Shown here: piece after piece, positions 10,539 to 20,661 of the stretch
Layout of the letters: each line of letters opens with the position of its first letter
Numbering within the stretch: position 1 is the first letter of the stretch
Source of the DNA: an uncultured Acidobacteriota bacterium
GTDB lineage: Bacteria; Acidobacteriota; Blastocatellia; RBC074
DNA length: 64,000 bases
Reading direction: 5' to 3'
Assembly (NCBI GenBank): GCA_963796275.1
Contig: CAWCKY010000006.1
Span: 1 to 64,000 of the forward strand
Made by a program: the position numbers and the translations under genes
Notes under the pieces: model-generated
What the model was told of the DNA's origin: nothing
What the model saw: the letters and a program-made list of their open reading frames with translations, nothing else
Databases searched by the model: none

Positions 10539-11243
10539 GTGACGGCAATCAGACTTATAAACTTAGGGATTAAATGGCAGAGGTTTCTGCCAGCACGAAC
10601 CAGTTCGGTTCTCAGTTGGAGCCGAGCCCTCTTTTTTATCATTGGCATCCTTGCGCTCGGTTACGTCGGCCTCGCGTTGCTCGACGCGAGAGTCTATCAA
10701 GCCGATCAAACCCGCCGATTTGAAGAAGCATTGAAGCGGCTGAGGCCGGCTACCGGCAGCGGTGAGCATCTTTATACATCGTCCCTTCCTCTAGACCTGG
10801 CAGAAGAGGACGCTGCGCGCGTGAAGAGTCTTGGCGTCGCCGTTCGTGAGGGCACTCCGTTGGGACGAATCGAGATAAGTACAATCGGCCTGGCGGCGAT
10901 GATGATGGAAGGCATAGATGAAGGGACTTTGCGACGAGCGGTCGGACATATTCCGGGCACTCCGCTACCAGGTCAGCCAGGGAACGTCGCGCTTGCAGGA
11001 CACCGGGACACGTTTTTCAGAGGGCTGCGCAATATCCGAGTAAATGATGAAATCACATTGACGACGTTAAGTGGATCCTATCGCTATCGCGTGGACTCTA
11101 CCCAGGTGGTCGAGCCCGAGGAGACTGAAGTGCTGGATAATGACGATGACGATGTTCTCACCCTGGTGACTTGTTACCCGTTCAATTTTGTGGGCTCCGC
11201 ACCCAGGAGATTTATCGTCCGCGCGCACAGAGTTCTTGAATGA
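10539..11243 (+). CDS. Class D sortase
   Basis: N-terminal TM; LAGHRDTFF; TLVTCYPF; RFIVRA (catalytic H/C/R). Confidence 0.92.
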   Translation: MTAIRLINLGIKWQRFLPARTSSVLSWSRALFFIIGILALGYVGLALLDARVYQADQTRRFEEALKRLRPATGSGEHLYTSSLPLDLAEEDAARVKSLGVAVREGTPLGRIEISTIGLAAMMMEGIDEGTLRRAVGHIPGTPLPGQPGNVALAGHRDTFFRGLRNIRVNDEITLTTLSGSYRYRVDSTQVVEPEETEVLDNDDDDVLTLVTCYPFNFVGSAPRRFIVRAHRVLE

Positions 11244-11605
11244 AATGAAAGACATCTTGCCTTGGTTACGGCATCTCGCCGGCGCCCTGGACCACTGTTG
11301 GAGCGGGCGTAAAAAACGGCCGGCACAACCTCGCCACCTTTCTTTCCGACATTGTCCAATACTGGACGGCAATATATCCCAGGCTGGCCGATCCTTAGCG
11401 TGGAGGTTTAAAAGTAAACACCATTAAAACGGGGACCATTCTAATCGCGGAGGGGGCCCTTTTGTCGGAGTCCTTACTGTTCGCGCTCCCCTTATGATGT
11501 GGCCGAACAAAGCATCGTAATTTCTACGATGCGCCGAAACAGGCTGCCGAAAAACTCTGAGCGCCAGCACCATTTCCGAAAAGGTCGTGGCTTTGGGAGA
11601 TCATC

Positions 11606-12049
11606 ATGCATTGCCCTACTTGTGGAACAAAAACTTCAACGGATCAAAAATTCTGCCGATCTTGTGGCACGGAGTTATCAGTCATTTCTCAACTGGTCGC
11701 GAAACATCCCTCCGCGACCGATCCCGCTCTGCTGCCGGTGAAGAGCGAGGCCAGTAAGCCTCACCGAAGGACTATTCTGCTGTGCTCAGGAATTGTCTCC
11801 TGCATCATCGGCCTGGCCTTGCTGGTCGCGAATAAACAGGATGGCTGGATTGGCCCAGTTGGCGTTCTGTTATTACTTGTCGGAACGCTGACCGCGGCTT
11901 ATGTAGCGCTTTCGCCTCGGTGGCATATAAAGAGATCTCTTCGCGCTCCGCTCCCTCGACCAGCGATACTGCCACCGGCGGAGTCGGCGGGATCGGCATC
12001 TGCAAAGGCGCACGATCAGGCGCACGTTGGGAAACCGCGATCGCCATAG
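11606..12049 (+). CDS. Zinc-ribbon domain membrane protein
   Basis: MHCPTCG..FCRSCG followed by two TM helices. Confidence 0.75.
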   Translation: MHCPTCGTKTSTDQKFCRSCGTELSVISQLVAKHPSATDPALLPVKSEASKPHRRTILLCSGIVSCIIGLALLVANKQDGWIGPVGVLLLLVGTLTAAYVALSPRWHIKRSLRAPLPRPAILPPAESAGSASAKAHDQAHVGKPRSP

Positions 12050-12063
12050 AAGAGGGGAAGTTT

Positions 12064-12189
12064 ATGAAGACGACAGCGGGTTTGTGGATAGATCATAGGA
12101 AGGCTGTATTCGTGTTTGTGACGGGCAGAGATGAGGTGAAGAACGCGCTCTCGCCACACGTGATTTTTTCATTGGCCTTGATGCCGTGA
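12064..12189 (+). pseudogene. N-terminal fragment of an eRF1-like/host-attachment-type protein
   Basis: MKTTAGLWIDHRKAV motif, then truncated. Confidence 0.5.
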
Positions 12190-12303
12190 TGGCCTCAGGC
12201 GCCGCGCTCGCCGAAAACGGAAGTAAGCCACTGATTCGACCAGTGAGACCAGAACAGCTTTGAGCGTTCCGGGAGTCCCTTTGGAGCTATTGAATTGTTG
12301 AGT

Positions 12304-12495
12304 AATGTTCTCCTTTAGTGGCTTGATGAGCTAACCCAGAAGGAGAACATTTTGAACGATACATACCAAAGCTAGTCCTACTCGAAGTGGGATTGCAAAT
12401 ACAATGTTGTTTTTGCCCCCAAAATATCGCCGCAAGGGCTGTATGGGGAGATTCGTAAACATCTCGGCAATATCTTCCATGAGTTTGCGAAGTGA
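12304..12495 (+). mobile_element. tnpA: IS200/IS605-family tnpA 5' remnant with RBS-sequestering hairpin
   Basis: YQS*SYSKWDCKYNVVFAPK/YRRK..LYGEIRKHLGNIFHE; inverted repeat AATGTTCTCCTT (12304-12315) / AAGGAGAACATT (12340-12351). Confidence 0.75.
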
Positions 12496-12790
12496 CCGGT
12501 CCGCTTCCTTCTAGATTTTATGAGCGCCGGGGCCTGCTGCCCGCGCCGCCGCGCCTTGGTTCAGGCTTCAGGGATTACCCGGGGGGGCTGAGTTCGGGAT
12601 GAAGTGATAATCCCCATAATGCGATACCGCTGATACAATCTCGCAATGATTATCGGCATGAGCATAATTGTCCTTTCACGCCGCGCTTAATGGGGAAGCG
12701 CCGTATTGGCAGGCCGCCGCAAGTAATCTTTATTGTATGCACAGAGCGTTTTCCCGTAACAATCGGCAGTTCGCAAATATCCATCACGCG

Positions 12791-13125
12791 TCAACGACGG
12801 CTTGACTGAACTGAAGAAGATAGCCGTTGTATTCGCAAACTCACGCATCCCATATTCAAGGTCTCAATTGGGTAGCAAACACGAGCTTTGTCCTTCAGCC
12901 GCGACCAAAGACCACCTACGTCACTCACGTGGAAGTAAAGCGAGCCAGTGAACGTAGGCGCAACATCGCCATCATGTTCGTTCGGAGGGCAGAACATGAC
13001 AGAGACAAGGCCGCAAGTCAGAGTTGCGCAGCCCCACTTTAGCTCTTGAGCCTCGTATCAAAGCTTCGGTTAGTTCCCGGAAGATCCCAAGTTCGTAGCA
13101 TTGGCGCCAGACTGCTCACTCCCAT
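12791..13125 (-). pseudogene. VOC/glyoxalase (bleomycin-resistance-like) protein, frameshifted
   Basis: SLAPMLRTWDL..; PTFTGSLYFHVSDV..LWSRLKDKARVCYPIE. Confidence 0.7.
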
Positions 13126-13132
13126 TTCATTC

Positions 13133-13360
13133 ATACTCCCCGGATTGGCCTAATGAGCGCGTTCATATCGTGCGTCTCAACATGGAACTGTTGGGCGGGC
13201 GCTATTAGGTGCAACGTTTGATCAGCAGCAATTGCCCCGGCGAATCTGCTCGAAGGACGCCGCCATCATAGCGATGAAATGTTGCATAACATAATTACAG
13301 GCCCAGATTTCTGCGCTGTCGGATATTTTGATCATTCCATCTCATTCTGAGGATGAAGGT
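13133..13360. repeat. Non-coding element of about 230 bp, inverted copy A (partner at 16715-16949)
   Basis: Reverse complement aligns by eye with 16715-16949, with scattered substitutions and small indels. Confidence 0.85.
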
Positions 13361-13537
13361 GTCGGTTAGCAGACTGGCGGCGGTGGGGATTGTCCGGCAA
13401 GCAACCTGATGGAGTCGGGCTGTTATTTGCCCATGTGGAGTTTGTTCAAGAACATTTGTCAGTAACCGTTCAGGTGGGGGCCAGAGGGATATTCAGAACT
13501 GATAGACATCGGCAAGCAACCGGGCTAATCTGCCACC

Positions 13538-15030
13538 GTGTTGACGCTCGACCAACTCGGAATCAGTGAGGAAGACTGGAACCAAACGCCCGCCTCAGTC
13601 CGCGTGGCGTTGATGTTTCTCCTCCAGCAAAACCAACGCCTGGAAAATCGCTGCGCCACATACGAACTACAAGTCCATAGGTTGGAAGTCGAGCTGGAAC
13701 GGCTTAAAAAGCTGGAGTTGGAAGTGGCCGAACAGCGCGAGCGGTTAGGGCAAAAGTCACAGAACTCTTCTAAACCGCCTTCCTCTGATCCGCCTTCAGT
13801 TTCACGCCCAGGCAAGCATCAGCCGAGTGGTCGCAAGCAATGCGGTCAACGCGGCCACCAAGGGCACGGACGGGCGCTCCTGCAGCCCGAACAAGTGGAT
13901 CGGATCGTCGAGTTGCGCCCGGTCAATTGTCACCAATGCGGATCGCTCTTACTGGGTGATGATCCTGAGCCGGCGAGACGACAGCTCAGCGAACTGCCAC
14001 CGGTCAAAGCGGAAGTGACCGAGTATCGGCAACACACTCTGCATTGTCTCGATTGCGGCGCGCAAACACGAGCCGAGTGGCCTGAAGAACTGCCATCGGG
14101 AAGCTTCGGGCCGCGTGCGCAGGCCATCGTCGCTTATCTAACCGGAAGGCTCGGGCTGCGCCATCGTGACGCGGTCGAGGCGATTGAGACATTGCACGGT
14201 ATGAGCCTCGGAGTGGGGAGCGTCTCAGCGATCCAGCAACAGGTCTCGAACGCACTAGAGCAACCGGTGAAGACAGCGCAGCAGTATGTATCAACAACCG
14301 GTCAACCATGACGATGAGACGGGATGGCCTGAAGGCGAGAGGCAGAAATGGCTCTGGATCAATGCGACCCCGGAGGTGACGGTCTTCCAAGTTATGAGCG
14401 GCGCGGCCAGGCTCAGGCCAGAGCGGTCATCGGCAAAGGCTATCTCGGGATGGTCAATACTGATAGTTATGCCGCTTATCATTGGCTGGATGCGCATCGC
14501 CGGCAATTATGTTGGGCGCATCTGAAGCGAGAATTTGAGGCGATCAAACAGCGCGGGGGAACTTCAGCCGAGATTGGGGAGAAATTGCTGGAGCAGGTTA
14601 AAGCGCTCTTTGATCTCTGGCGTCAACTGCGAGCTGGGAGCCTGAGCCGGGAGGCGTTTGATCAGGAGATGAAGTCGGTGCAATCTCAGGTCAAGGGACT
14701 GGTCGAGATAGGCGCAACCTGCGAGCAGGCAAGACGCGGCGGACGTGCGAAAACCTGCTCAAACACGAGGTCTCATTGTGGACCTTCGTCCGCGAGGCAG
14801 GCGTGGAACCGACCAATAATGACGCCGAACGGCCCTTGCGGCGGGCAGTGCTGTGGCGACGCAAATCATTCGGGACGCAGAGCGAAAGTGGCAGTCGATT
14901 TGTGAAGCGGATCCTGACGGTGGTCACCAGCCTGTGGCAACAAGGTCGAGATGTGCTGCAGTATCTGACCTCAGCCTGTGCTGCTCTCACTCAGGAGAGT
15001 GGCTCGATCTGCCTTCTCCCTGATTCCTGA
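13538..15030 (+). CDS. IS66 family transposase (single-ORF type), frameshifted
   Basis: NSSKPPSSD; zinc fingers CHQCG and CLDCG; DETGW; QLCWAHLKR; PTNNDAERPLR. Confidence 0.92.
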
Positions 15031-15053
15031 GTGGTCAATTCCAGAGGGCTCAC

Positions 15054-16016
15054 TTGCATATAAAAACTTCTTCCATCTTGCTTTTTCTTCTCAGCCCGCT
15101 GTTTCTGGTTGGCTGCTCAAGGAGTATACAGTCGCCTGTTGTTGCATAAGCCTACCGGCTCCTTCCACCTCTACAAATCGCTTGACCAGGGCTACTCGTG
15201 GGCAGAGGCCGGGAGAGGCCTGCCGCAGTCGGCAAGGATCAATTCTCTATTTATTGGGGGCACCACCGCCTACGCTGGCACAGACGCCGGCATCTTCATT
15301 TCGACCGATGATGGGCAGACGTGGTCAGAGAGCCCCCTGTTACCTGCCGCCCGCGTCCAGTGCATCACTGCAGTGGGACAACAGGTGTTTGCAGGGACGA
15401 GGCAAGCGGGCGTGTTCGTATCCAAAGATAGTGGCCGCTCCTGGCGTCAGCTTGCCCGTGGCTTGACTGATCTGAATGTCCGGTCGTTGGTTAACCTTGG
15501 GCCTGAGGTATATGCGGGTACTGATGAGCAGGGTGTGTTTGTACTCGCGAGAGGAGCCGAGTCTTGGGATCAGTTCGGACGCGGGTTACCTGAACACTCA
15601 CAAGTTTTCGACCTGGCGGTCAGCGGCCCGTCTGTCTACGCCGCCCTTTATAGCAAGGGCCTCTACCGCCTCAACTCCGGCGGCGAGCAGTGGACGAAGG
15701 TGGGGCAAGTGACGCCGCTCGAATTTCTCGTGCAGGGCACAACGCTGCTGGCTGGCTACAACCCGGGAGGCGTGTACCGCTCTGTTGACGGCGGAGCGAC
15801 GTGGAATCGCTCTAGCGGCATATCCAGTGAAGCACCGATTTGGGTCCTGGGTTGTACCGGCTCAAATCTACTTGCAGGAACCTCACCAGGAGCCGTCTCC
15901 CTGAGCAGTGACCTGGGGGCGAGCTGGCAACCCAGCGCCGCCGGGTTGCCTTCAGGAGTAGCGGTTGTCGCATTAGTGCAAATAAAACCTACACTCTGGC
16001 AGCCATTTCGAAATAA
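15054..16016 (+). CDS. BNR/Asp-box repeat beta-propeller protein, probable lipoprotein; frameshifts near both ends
   Basis: Repeated SxDxGxxW boxes; LFLVGC lipobox in the upstream frame; alternate-frame end ..TYTLAAISK*. Confidence 0.75.
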
Positions 16017-16344
16017 GGAGCATGCATGCACCTGAACGGTTACCCTCAACCGTACAGCCTCACGCGCTCCTTATGTGTCGGCCGGGGGTAGGGTTTCGAC
16101 CTGCCTACTAGCCGAACCTCATGCGCAAGCCAGTGCGAACGCCCACACACGCCGACTGAACGCTGCTTAAGCCTTGCTGTTATAATCATCCATCACTGTA
16201 AATGATCGGAGGCAAGATCATGGCGAATGACACAACCCGGATACATTTTTGTCACCCTTTTTTTTTGTGTCTCATCAACCAAGAGACTAGGCTGATGCCG
16301 ACAGTGTCATAAGGCGTTCAGCTCATATTGCTAACCACAACATA

Positions 16345-16600
16345 TCGCGGGTGTGCCGGTGAATATCTACAGCGCAGCCAAGACGGTGGCCGACTGCTTC
16401 AAGTTCCGCAACAAGATCGGCGTCGACGTGGCGATCGAAGCGCTGCGCGATTACCTCAGGAATCGGCTTCCGGAGAAGGACCTTTGGCGATACGCCGAAG
16501 TCTGCCGGGTGCGGAACGTCATGCGCCCTACCTGGAGGCATTGCAGTGAAGCGGCCGGTTCGGAACATTGATCACTCGGTCCGCGAACGGCTGCTAACAC
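16345..16600 (+). pseudogene. Type IV toxin-antitoxin remnant: AbiEi C-terminus and start of AbiEii
   Basis: VNIYSAAKTVADCFKFRNKIGVDVAIEALR, then VKRPVRNIDHSVRERLL. Confidence 0.7.
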
Positions 16601-16714
16601 CCCGTTCTCGTTTGGGAACGGACTAACTAATATACTGCTGCCTTACCTTATGCGAATTCCGACCTTAATGGATTAGTGAAAGATGAAAAAGGGTCGGCGA
16701 GATTTGAAGCTCTT

Positions 16715-16949
16715 ACCTTTTTCCTCAGAATGAGATGAATGATCGAAATATCCGACAGCGCAGAAATTAGGGCCTGTATTTATGTTATGCAACATCTCAT
16801 CGCGATGATGGCGGCATCCTTCGAGCAGGTCGCCGGGAGGAACCGCTGTTGATCAAACATTGCACCCAGTAGCGCACGCCCAACAATTGTCGCACCAAGT
16901 TGAGACCACGCCATATGAACGCGCTCATTAGGCCAATTGGGGGAAGTAT
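16715..16949. repeat. Non-coding element of about 230 bp, inverted copy B
   Basis: Inverted homolog of 13133-13360. Confidence 0.85.
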
Positions 16950-17133
16950 ATTGGGGGAAGTATAAATGATATGAACGTGAAACTGATGACTCAGGGGCGC
17001 CAATCCCGCTTCTTGTTCTCATTCCACCGGCCGGGTTTCCGCCTTTCGCCGGAATCTATTGAAGGCAACAAATACCGTCTTATCACGAAAATTAGATATA
17101 ATAAGCACAAAATCCGGTGCTTCCGAGGAGCCT

Positions 17134-18660
17134 ATGAAAAACATCAAAAGTCAATTCAGACTCACGTTGGCCTTTTTGTTATTGGCATTCAGCTTAAATG
17201 TGGTCCCAACTGATTATTCATTTACAGTATCCTCTTCACACGCGCAGGCAAAACGTTACGAGGCAAAATGGGAATCGTTGGATCAGCGTCCGATGCCGAC
17301 GTGGTTTCTCGACGAAAAGTTCGGTGTTTTCATTCACTGGGGTGTTTACTCAGTTCCCGGTTACGGTCAGGTGGGTGAGTATGCTGAATGGTATTGGAAC
17401 CGTATCATGGAAGATAATGCGAAGTTCGCTCCGTGGCGCGAGTTTCATAAGAAAAATTACGGCACGAATTTCGACTATATGGATTTCGCCCCGCAGTTCA
17501 AAGCGGAATTATATGACGCAAAACAATGGGCGAATCTCTTCAAACGCTCCGGCATCAAGTACGTTGTGATCACTTCGAAACATCATGAAGGCTTCGCGCT
17601 CTGGCCCAGTGCTGAAGCGAGCATCACATGGGGGCGTCCTTGGAATGCCGTCGAGATAGGGCCGAGGCGCGATGTGCTGGGCGAACTCGCCCAGGCGACA
17701 CGCGCCGAAGGGATGAAATTCGGCTTCTATTTTTCGCTCTACGAATGGTACAACCCGCTTTGGAAAACCGACCGTGCGCGTTATGTCCGCGAACATATGA
17801 CGCCGCAATTCAAGGATGTCGTCTCGCGTTACCAGCCTGCGATTATCTTCAGCGACGGGGAATGGGAGATGCCGTCGAAAGATTGGGGCAGTGAAGCGTT
17901 GCTCGCATGGCTCTTCAACGAAACAGTTAACAAAGACGAGGTCGTAGTTAATGATCGCTGGGGCAAGGACTCCCGTCACAAACACGGGGGCTATTGGACG
18001 ACAGAGTATGCGGCGGGGCTGAAAGATGCTTCACATCCATGGGAAGAAAGCCGCGGGATGGCGTATTCATATGGCGTCAATCGCGCCGAACGCATAGACG
18101 ATTACAAAACGGACAGGGAATTCATTTTCACCTTGATCGATCTTGTCAGCCGCGGAGGCAATTTGCTGCTCGACATCGGCCCGAACGCTGACGGCACGAT
18201 CCCGCCTCTGATGGAACAGCGCCTGTTGGAAATCGGCGACTGGCTGAAGGTCAACGGCGAGGCGATTTATGGAACACGCGCCGCCGGACGCCCGTGCCAA
18301 TGGAGTGATGGGAAGCGGCCCGATCAGCAGTACGGCGAATTTATGGTGAAATACAAACTGATGGATCAGCTCGGACAGCATCCGAAATCCGGCGTCGCCG
18401 TCAAACAGGTGTTCTTCACGCAGAAACCGAATGCATTATACGCCATCACTTCCGGCTGGCCCGGCAAACAACTCGTGTTACGCAATATCAAAGCCCCCGC
18501 GAACCCATCGGTGACAATGCTCGGTGTGCCGGGCGCGTTGAAGACCTCGTTGAACAAAGATACGCTCACGATCACTACGCCGGACCTGGGACCGGATCAA
18601 GCGCCTGCGCGGTACGCCTTTGCTTTCAAAATTAGCGGCGCGGAAGTATCGCCGGAATAG
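17134..18660 (+). CDS. Alpha-L-fucosidase (GH29), secreted
   Basis: WFLDEKFGVFIHWGVYSVP, TSKHHEGFALW, FSDGEW, VNDRWG, SRGGNLLLDIGP; signal peptide; GAGGAG RBS. Confidence 0.93.
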   Translation: MKNIKSQFRLTLAFLLLAFSLNVVPTDYSFTVSSSHAQAKRYEAKWESLDQRPMPTWFLDEKFGVFIHWGVYSVPGYGQVGEYAEWYWNRIMEDNAKFAPWREFHKKNYGTNFDYMDFAPQFKAELYDAKQWANLFKRSGIKYVVITSKHHEGFALWPSAEASITWGRPWNAVEIGPRRDVLGELAQATRAEGMKFGFYFSLYEWYNPLWKTDRARYVREHMTPQFKDVVSRYQPAIIFSDGEWEMPSKDWGSEALLAWLFNETVNKDEVVVNDRWGKDSRHKHGGYWTTEYAAGLKDASHPWEESRGMAYSYGVNRAERIDDYKTDREFIFTLIDLVSRGGNLLLDIGPNADGTIPPLMEQRLLEIGDWLKVNGEAIYGTRAAGRPCQWSDGKRPDQQYGEFMVKYKLMDQLGQHPKSGVAVKQVFFTQKPNALYAITSGWPGKQLVLRNIKAPANPSVTMLGVPGALKTSLNKDTLTITTPDLGPDQAPARYAFAFKISGAEVSPE

Positions 18661-18687
18661 CGGGAATATATACGAGGAGGCCCTCTC

Positions 18688-19842
18688 ATGAAACGCCGAA
18701 CCTTTGTCAAACTTCTCGCTTCGACACCTCTTATCACCGATGACAACGCGGCTGAGTGGAAGTCGCGCAAGATCCCCGGGCACAAGGCTGTCACGCCGTA
18801 CCAACCCACCGCGACGCCCGGAATGCCCGGCCCGTATCGTGGCCAGGTCGTTTCCATCAAATCGGAAAATTGCATGAGCAAAGACGGTCTGCAGATAAAT
18901 GCCGAAATTGTTCGCGAGATGATGGAACGCGGGATGCGCGAACTGACGGGTGAGCGCCACGTCCTTGACGCATGGCGGCGATTCATTCATCCCGACGATA
19001 TCGTCGGCATCAAGGTCAATGTCGTCGGTCGTCCCTGGTGCGTCTCCTCCCACGCGGTGGTTGCCGAGACGGTGCGTAACCTGATAGCCGTCGGACTGCG
19101 GGCGGAACAGATTTATATCTATGACCGCTTTCGCGATCAGCTTGATGAGGCGAATTACCGCGAGCACGCCCCGGATGGCGTCAATTTCTTCGCTCCCGAG
19201 GCCAGTAATGTTGGCGAAAGCAGCAGCCACTACGATCCGCTCGTGTATCTCGAAAGCGATCTGTTTGGCGAAGACGATACGAGGTCGAACCTGATGAAGC
19301 TGATCTCGCATCGTCTGACGAAAATCATCAGCATACCGAATATGAAAGATCATGGCGCGACCGGAGTGACCGGCTGTCTGAAAAATATCGCATATGGCGG
19401 CTATTCCAACGTCGCGCGCACCCATTATCGCGGCCTGTCGCATACTTACTGGTTTGTCGGCACACTGGCGAGCATGGAGCCGGTGCGTACCAAAACGGTC
19501 TTGCAGATTATGGATGGTCTGCGCGGCGTCTGGCACGCAGGTCCGGGCGCAAGGACGTTGAAGTATGTCTTCTTTCCCAAAACGCTTATGTTCGGCACAG
19601 ACCCCGTGGCTATTGACCGCCTCTTGCTCGACATTATCGACGACGAACGCAAACGCCGCGGCGTGATTTCGATCTGGGATCGTAACGAGGCGACGCTCGA
19701 TTTCAACAACGGCCAGAAACGCGATGAAGACCCGAACACCAACATTATCATTCGTGAGCCGGGACACATAGAATACGCGGGTGGCCTCGGACTCGGCGAG
19801 CATCAATTGAGCAGGATTCGCGTCAAGGAATTTACCGTCTGA
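18688..19842 (+). CDS. DUF362 domain protein with Tat-like signal
   Basis: KRRTFVK; VGIKVN; IPNMKDH..GVTGCLKN; DPVAID. Confidence 0.85.
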   Translation: MKRRTFVKLLASTPLITDDNAAEWKSRKIPGHKAVTPYQPTATPGMPGPYRGQVVSIKSENCMSKDGLQINAEIVREMMERGMRELTGERHVLDAWRRFIHPDDIVGIKVNVVGRPWCVSSHAVVAETVRNLIAVGLRAEQIYIYDRFRDQLDEANYREHAPDGVNFFAPEASNVGESSSHYDPLVYLESDLFGEDDTRSNLMKLISHRLTKIISIPNMKDHGATGVTGCLKNIAYGGYSNVARTHYRGLSHTYWFVGTLASMEPVRTKTVLQIMDGLRGVWHAGPGARTLKYVFFPKTLMFGTDPVAIDRLLLDIIDDERKRRGVISIWDRNEATLDFNNGQKRDEDPNTNIIIREPGHIEYAGGLGLGEHQLSRIRVKEFTV

Positions 19843-20162
19843 TCCCCAAAGATGGAGTTAGGGGATTAAAGAAAATATAGGCGACCCGACGATTGGCGCG
19901 CCCAGAATATAGACGATCTCATCAATTGGGAGCTCAAAGGTATGGTTACTATAGTTGGGGGAAAAAATAGATAGAGGCAAATATTAGTAGCTCCACAAAT
20001 TGATCATAGGTTTCATAACCCACTGGACTGACATTAGAGGGATAGCAATAGAAATACTAAGTATGTCGCCGACCGAAAGCCAAATAGCTGGTTATGATCT
20101 AGCAGACGCACCAAGGCATTCCCCGAGCCGGACCGGCATTTCCCGGTTATCAGGAGCCCGAT

Positions 20163-20609
20163 GTGATCGCATCAAATGAGTCGAAGCCCGGCTCGAAACT
20201 TGACCAGTCGATCGAGTACAAAAACTATTTCGATGCACCGTGGGCGCTGGGCGCTACACGCGCGCAGTCGAAAACGCCGCCGCCGCTACTCATCAAAGTG
20301 TTGCGGCAGGACGAACAGACGGGCGCTCGGACGTGGATTCCAGGTGTGCTTTCAGGCCATCCGAGTTACACCTGGGAGAGACACCCGACGTGGAAGGAGA
20401 GCTACTTGCTCGAAGGCGAGTATCGCTTGGCCGAATGCCTCAACGGAAAGAGTAAGGTGGGTTTGTACACGCCCGGTGGTTACTTTTTCCGTCCGGCGGG
20501 CCTGGCGCACGTGGGGCCGAGTGCCGGCGCGAAAGGCTATGCGATCTGGTTGTTCCGCACGCCCGCGAAGTTGGATGTGGAATTTTTGGAGAAGACGGCG
20601 TGTAAGTAA
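20163..20609 (+). pseudogene. DUF4437-like cupin, C-terminal half only
   Basis: IKVLRQDEQTGART; HPTWKESYLLEG; GGYFFRPAGLAHVG; no clear start. Confidence 0.6.
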
Positions 20610-20661
20610 AAGCTAAACGAATCTGGGCGTCATCTTCATCAGTAACTGTCGAAAGGACTTT

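Larger units (their letters stand above)
13462..16043 (+). mobile_element. IS66-family element bounded by perfect 15-bp terminal inverted repeats, enclosing a transposase and a probable passenger gene
   Basis: GTAACCGTTCAGGTG (13462-13476) / CACCTGAACGGTTAC (16029-16043); no target-site duplication seen. Confidence 0.7.

Noticed and set aside
16075-16105. GGGGGTAGGGTTTCGACC resembling a tmRNA 5' end or a reversed tRNA 3' end
   Set aside because: Too short and degenerate; no cloverleaf or CCA end
16770-16795. TTATGTTA as a dif/XerD site
   Set aside because: No XerC arm at the correct spacing
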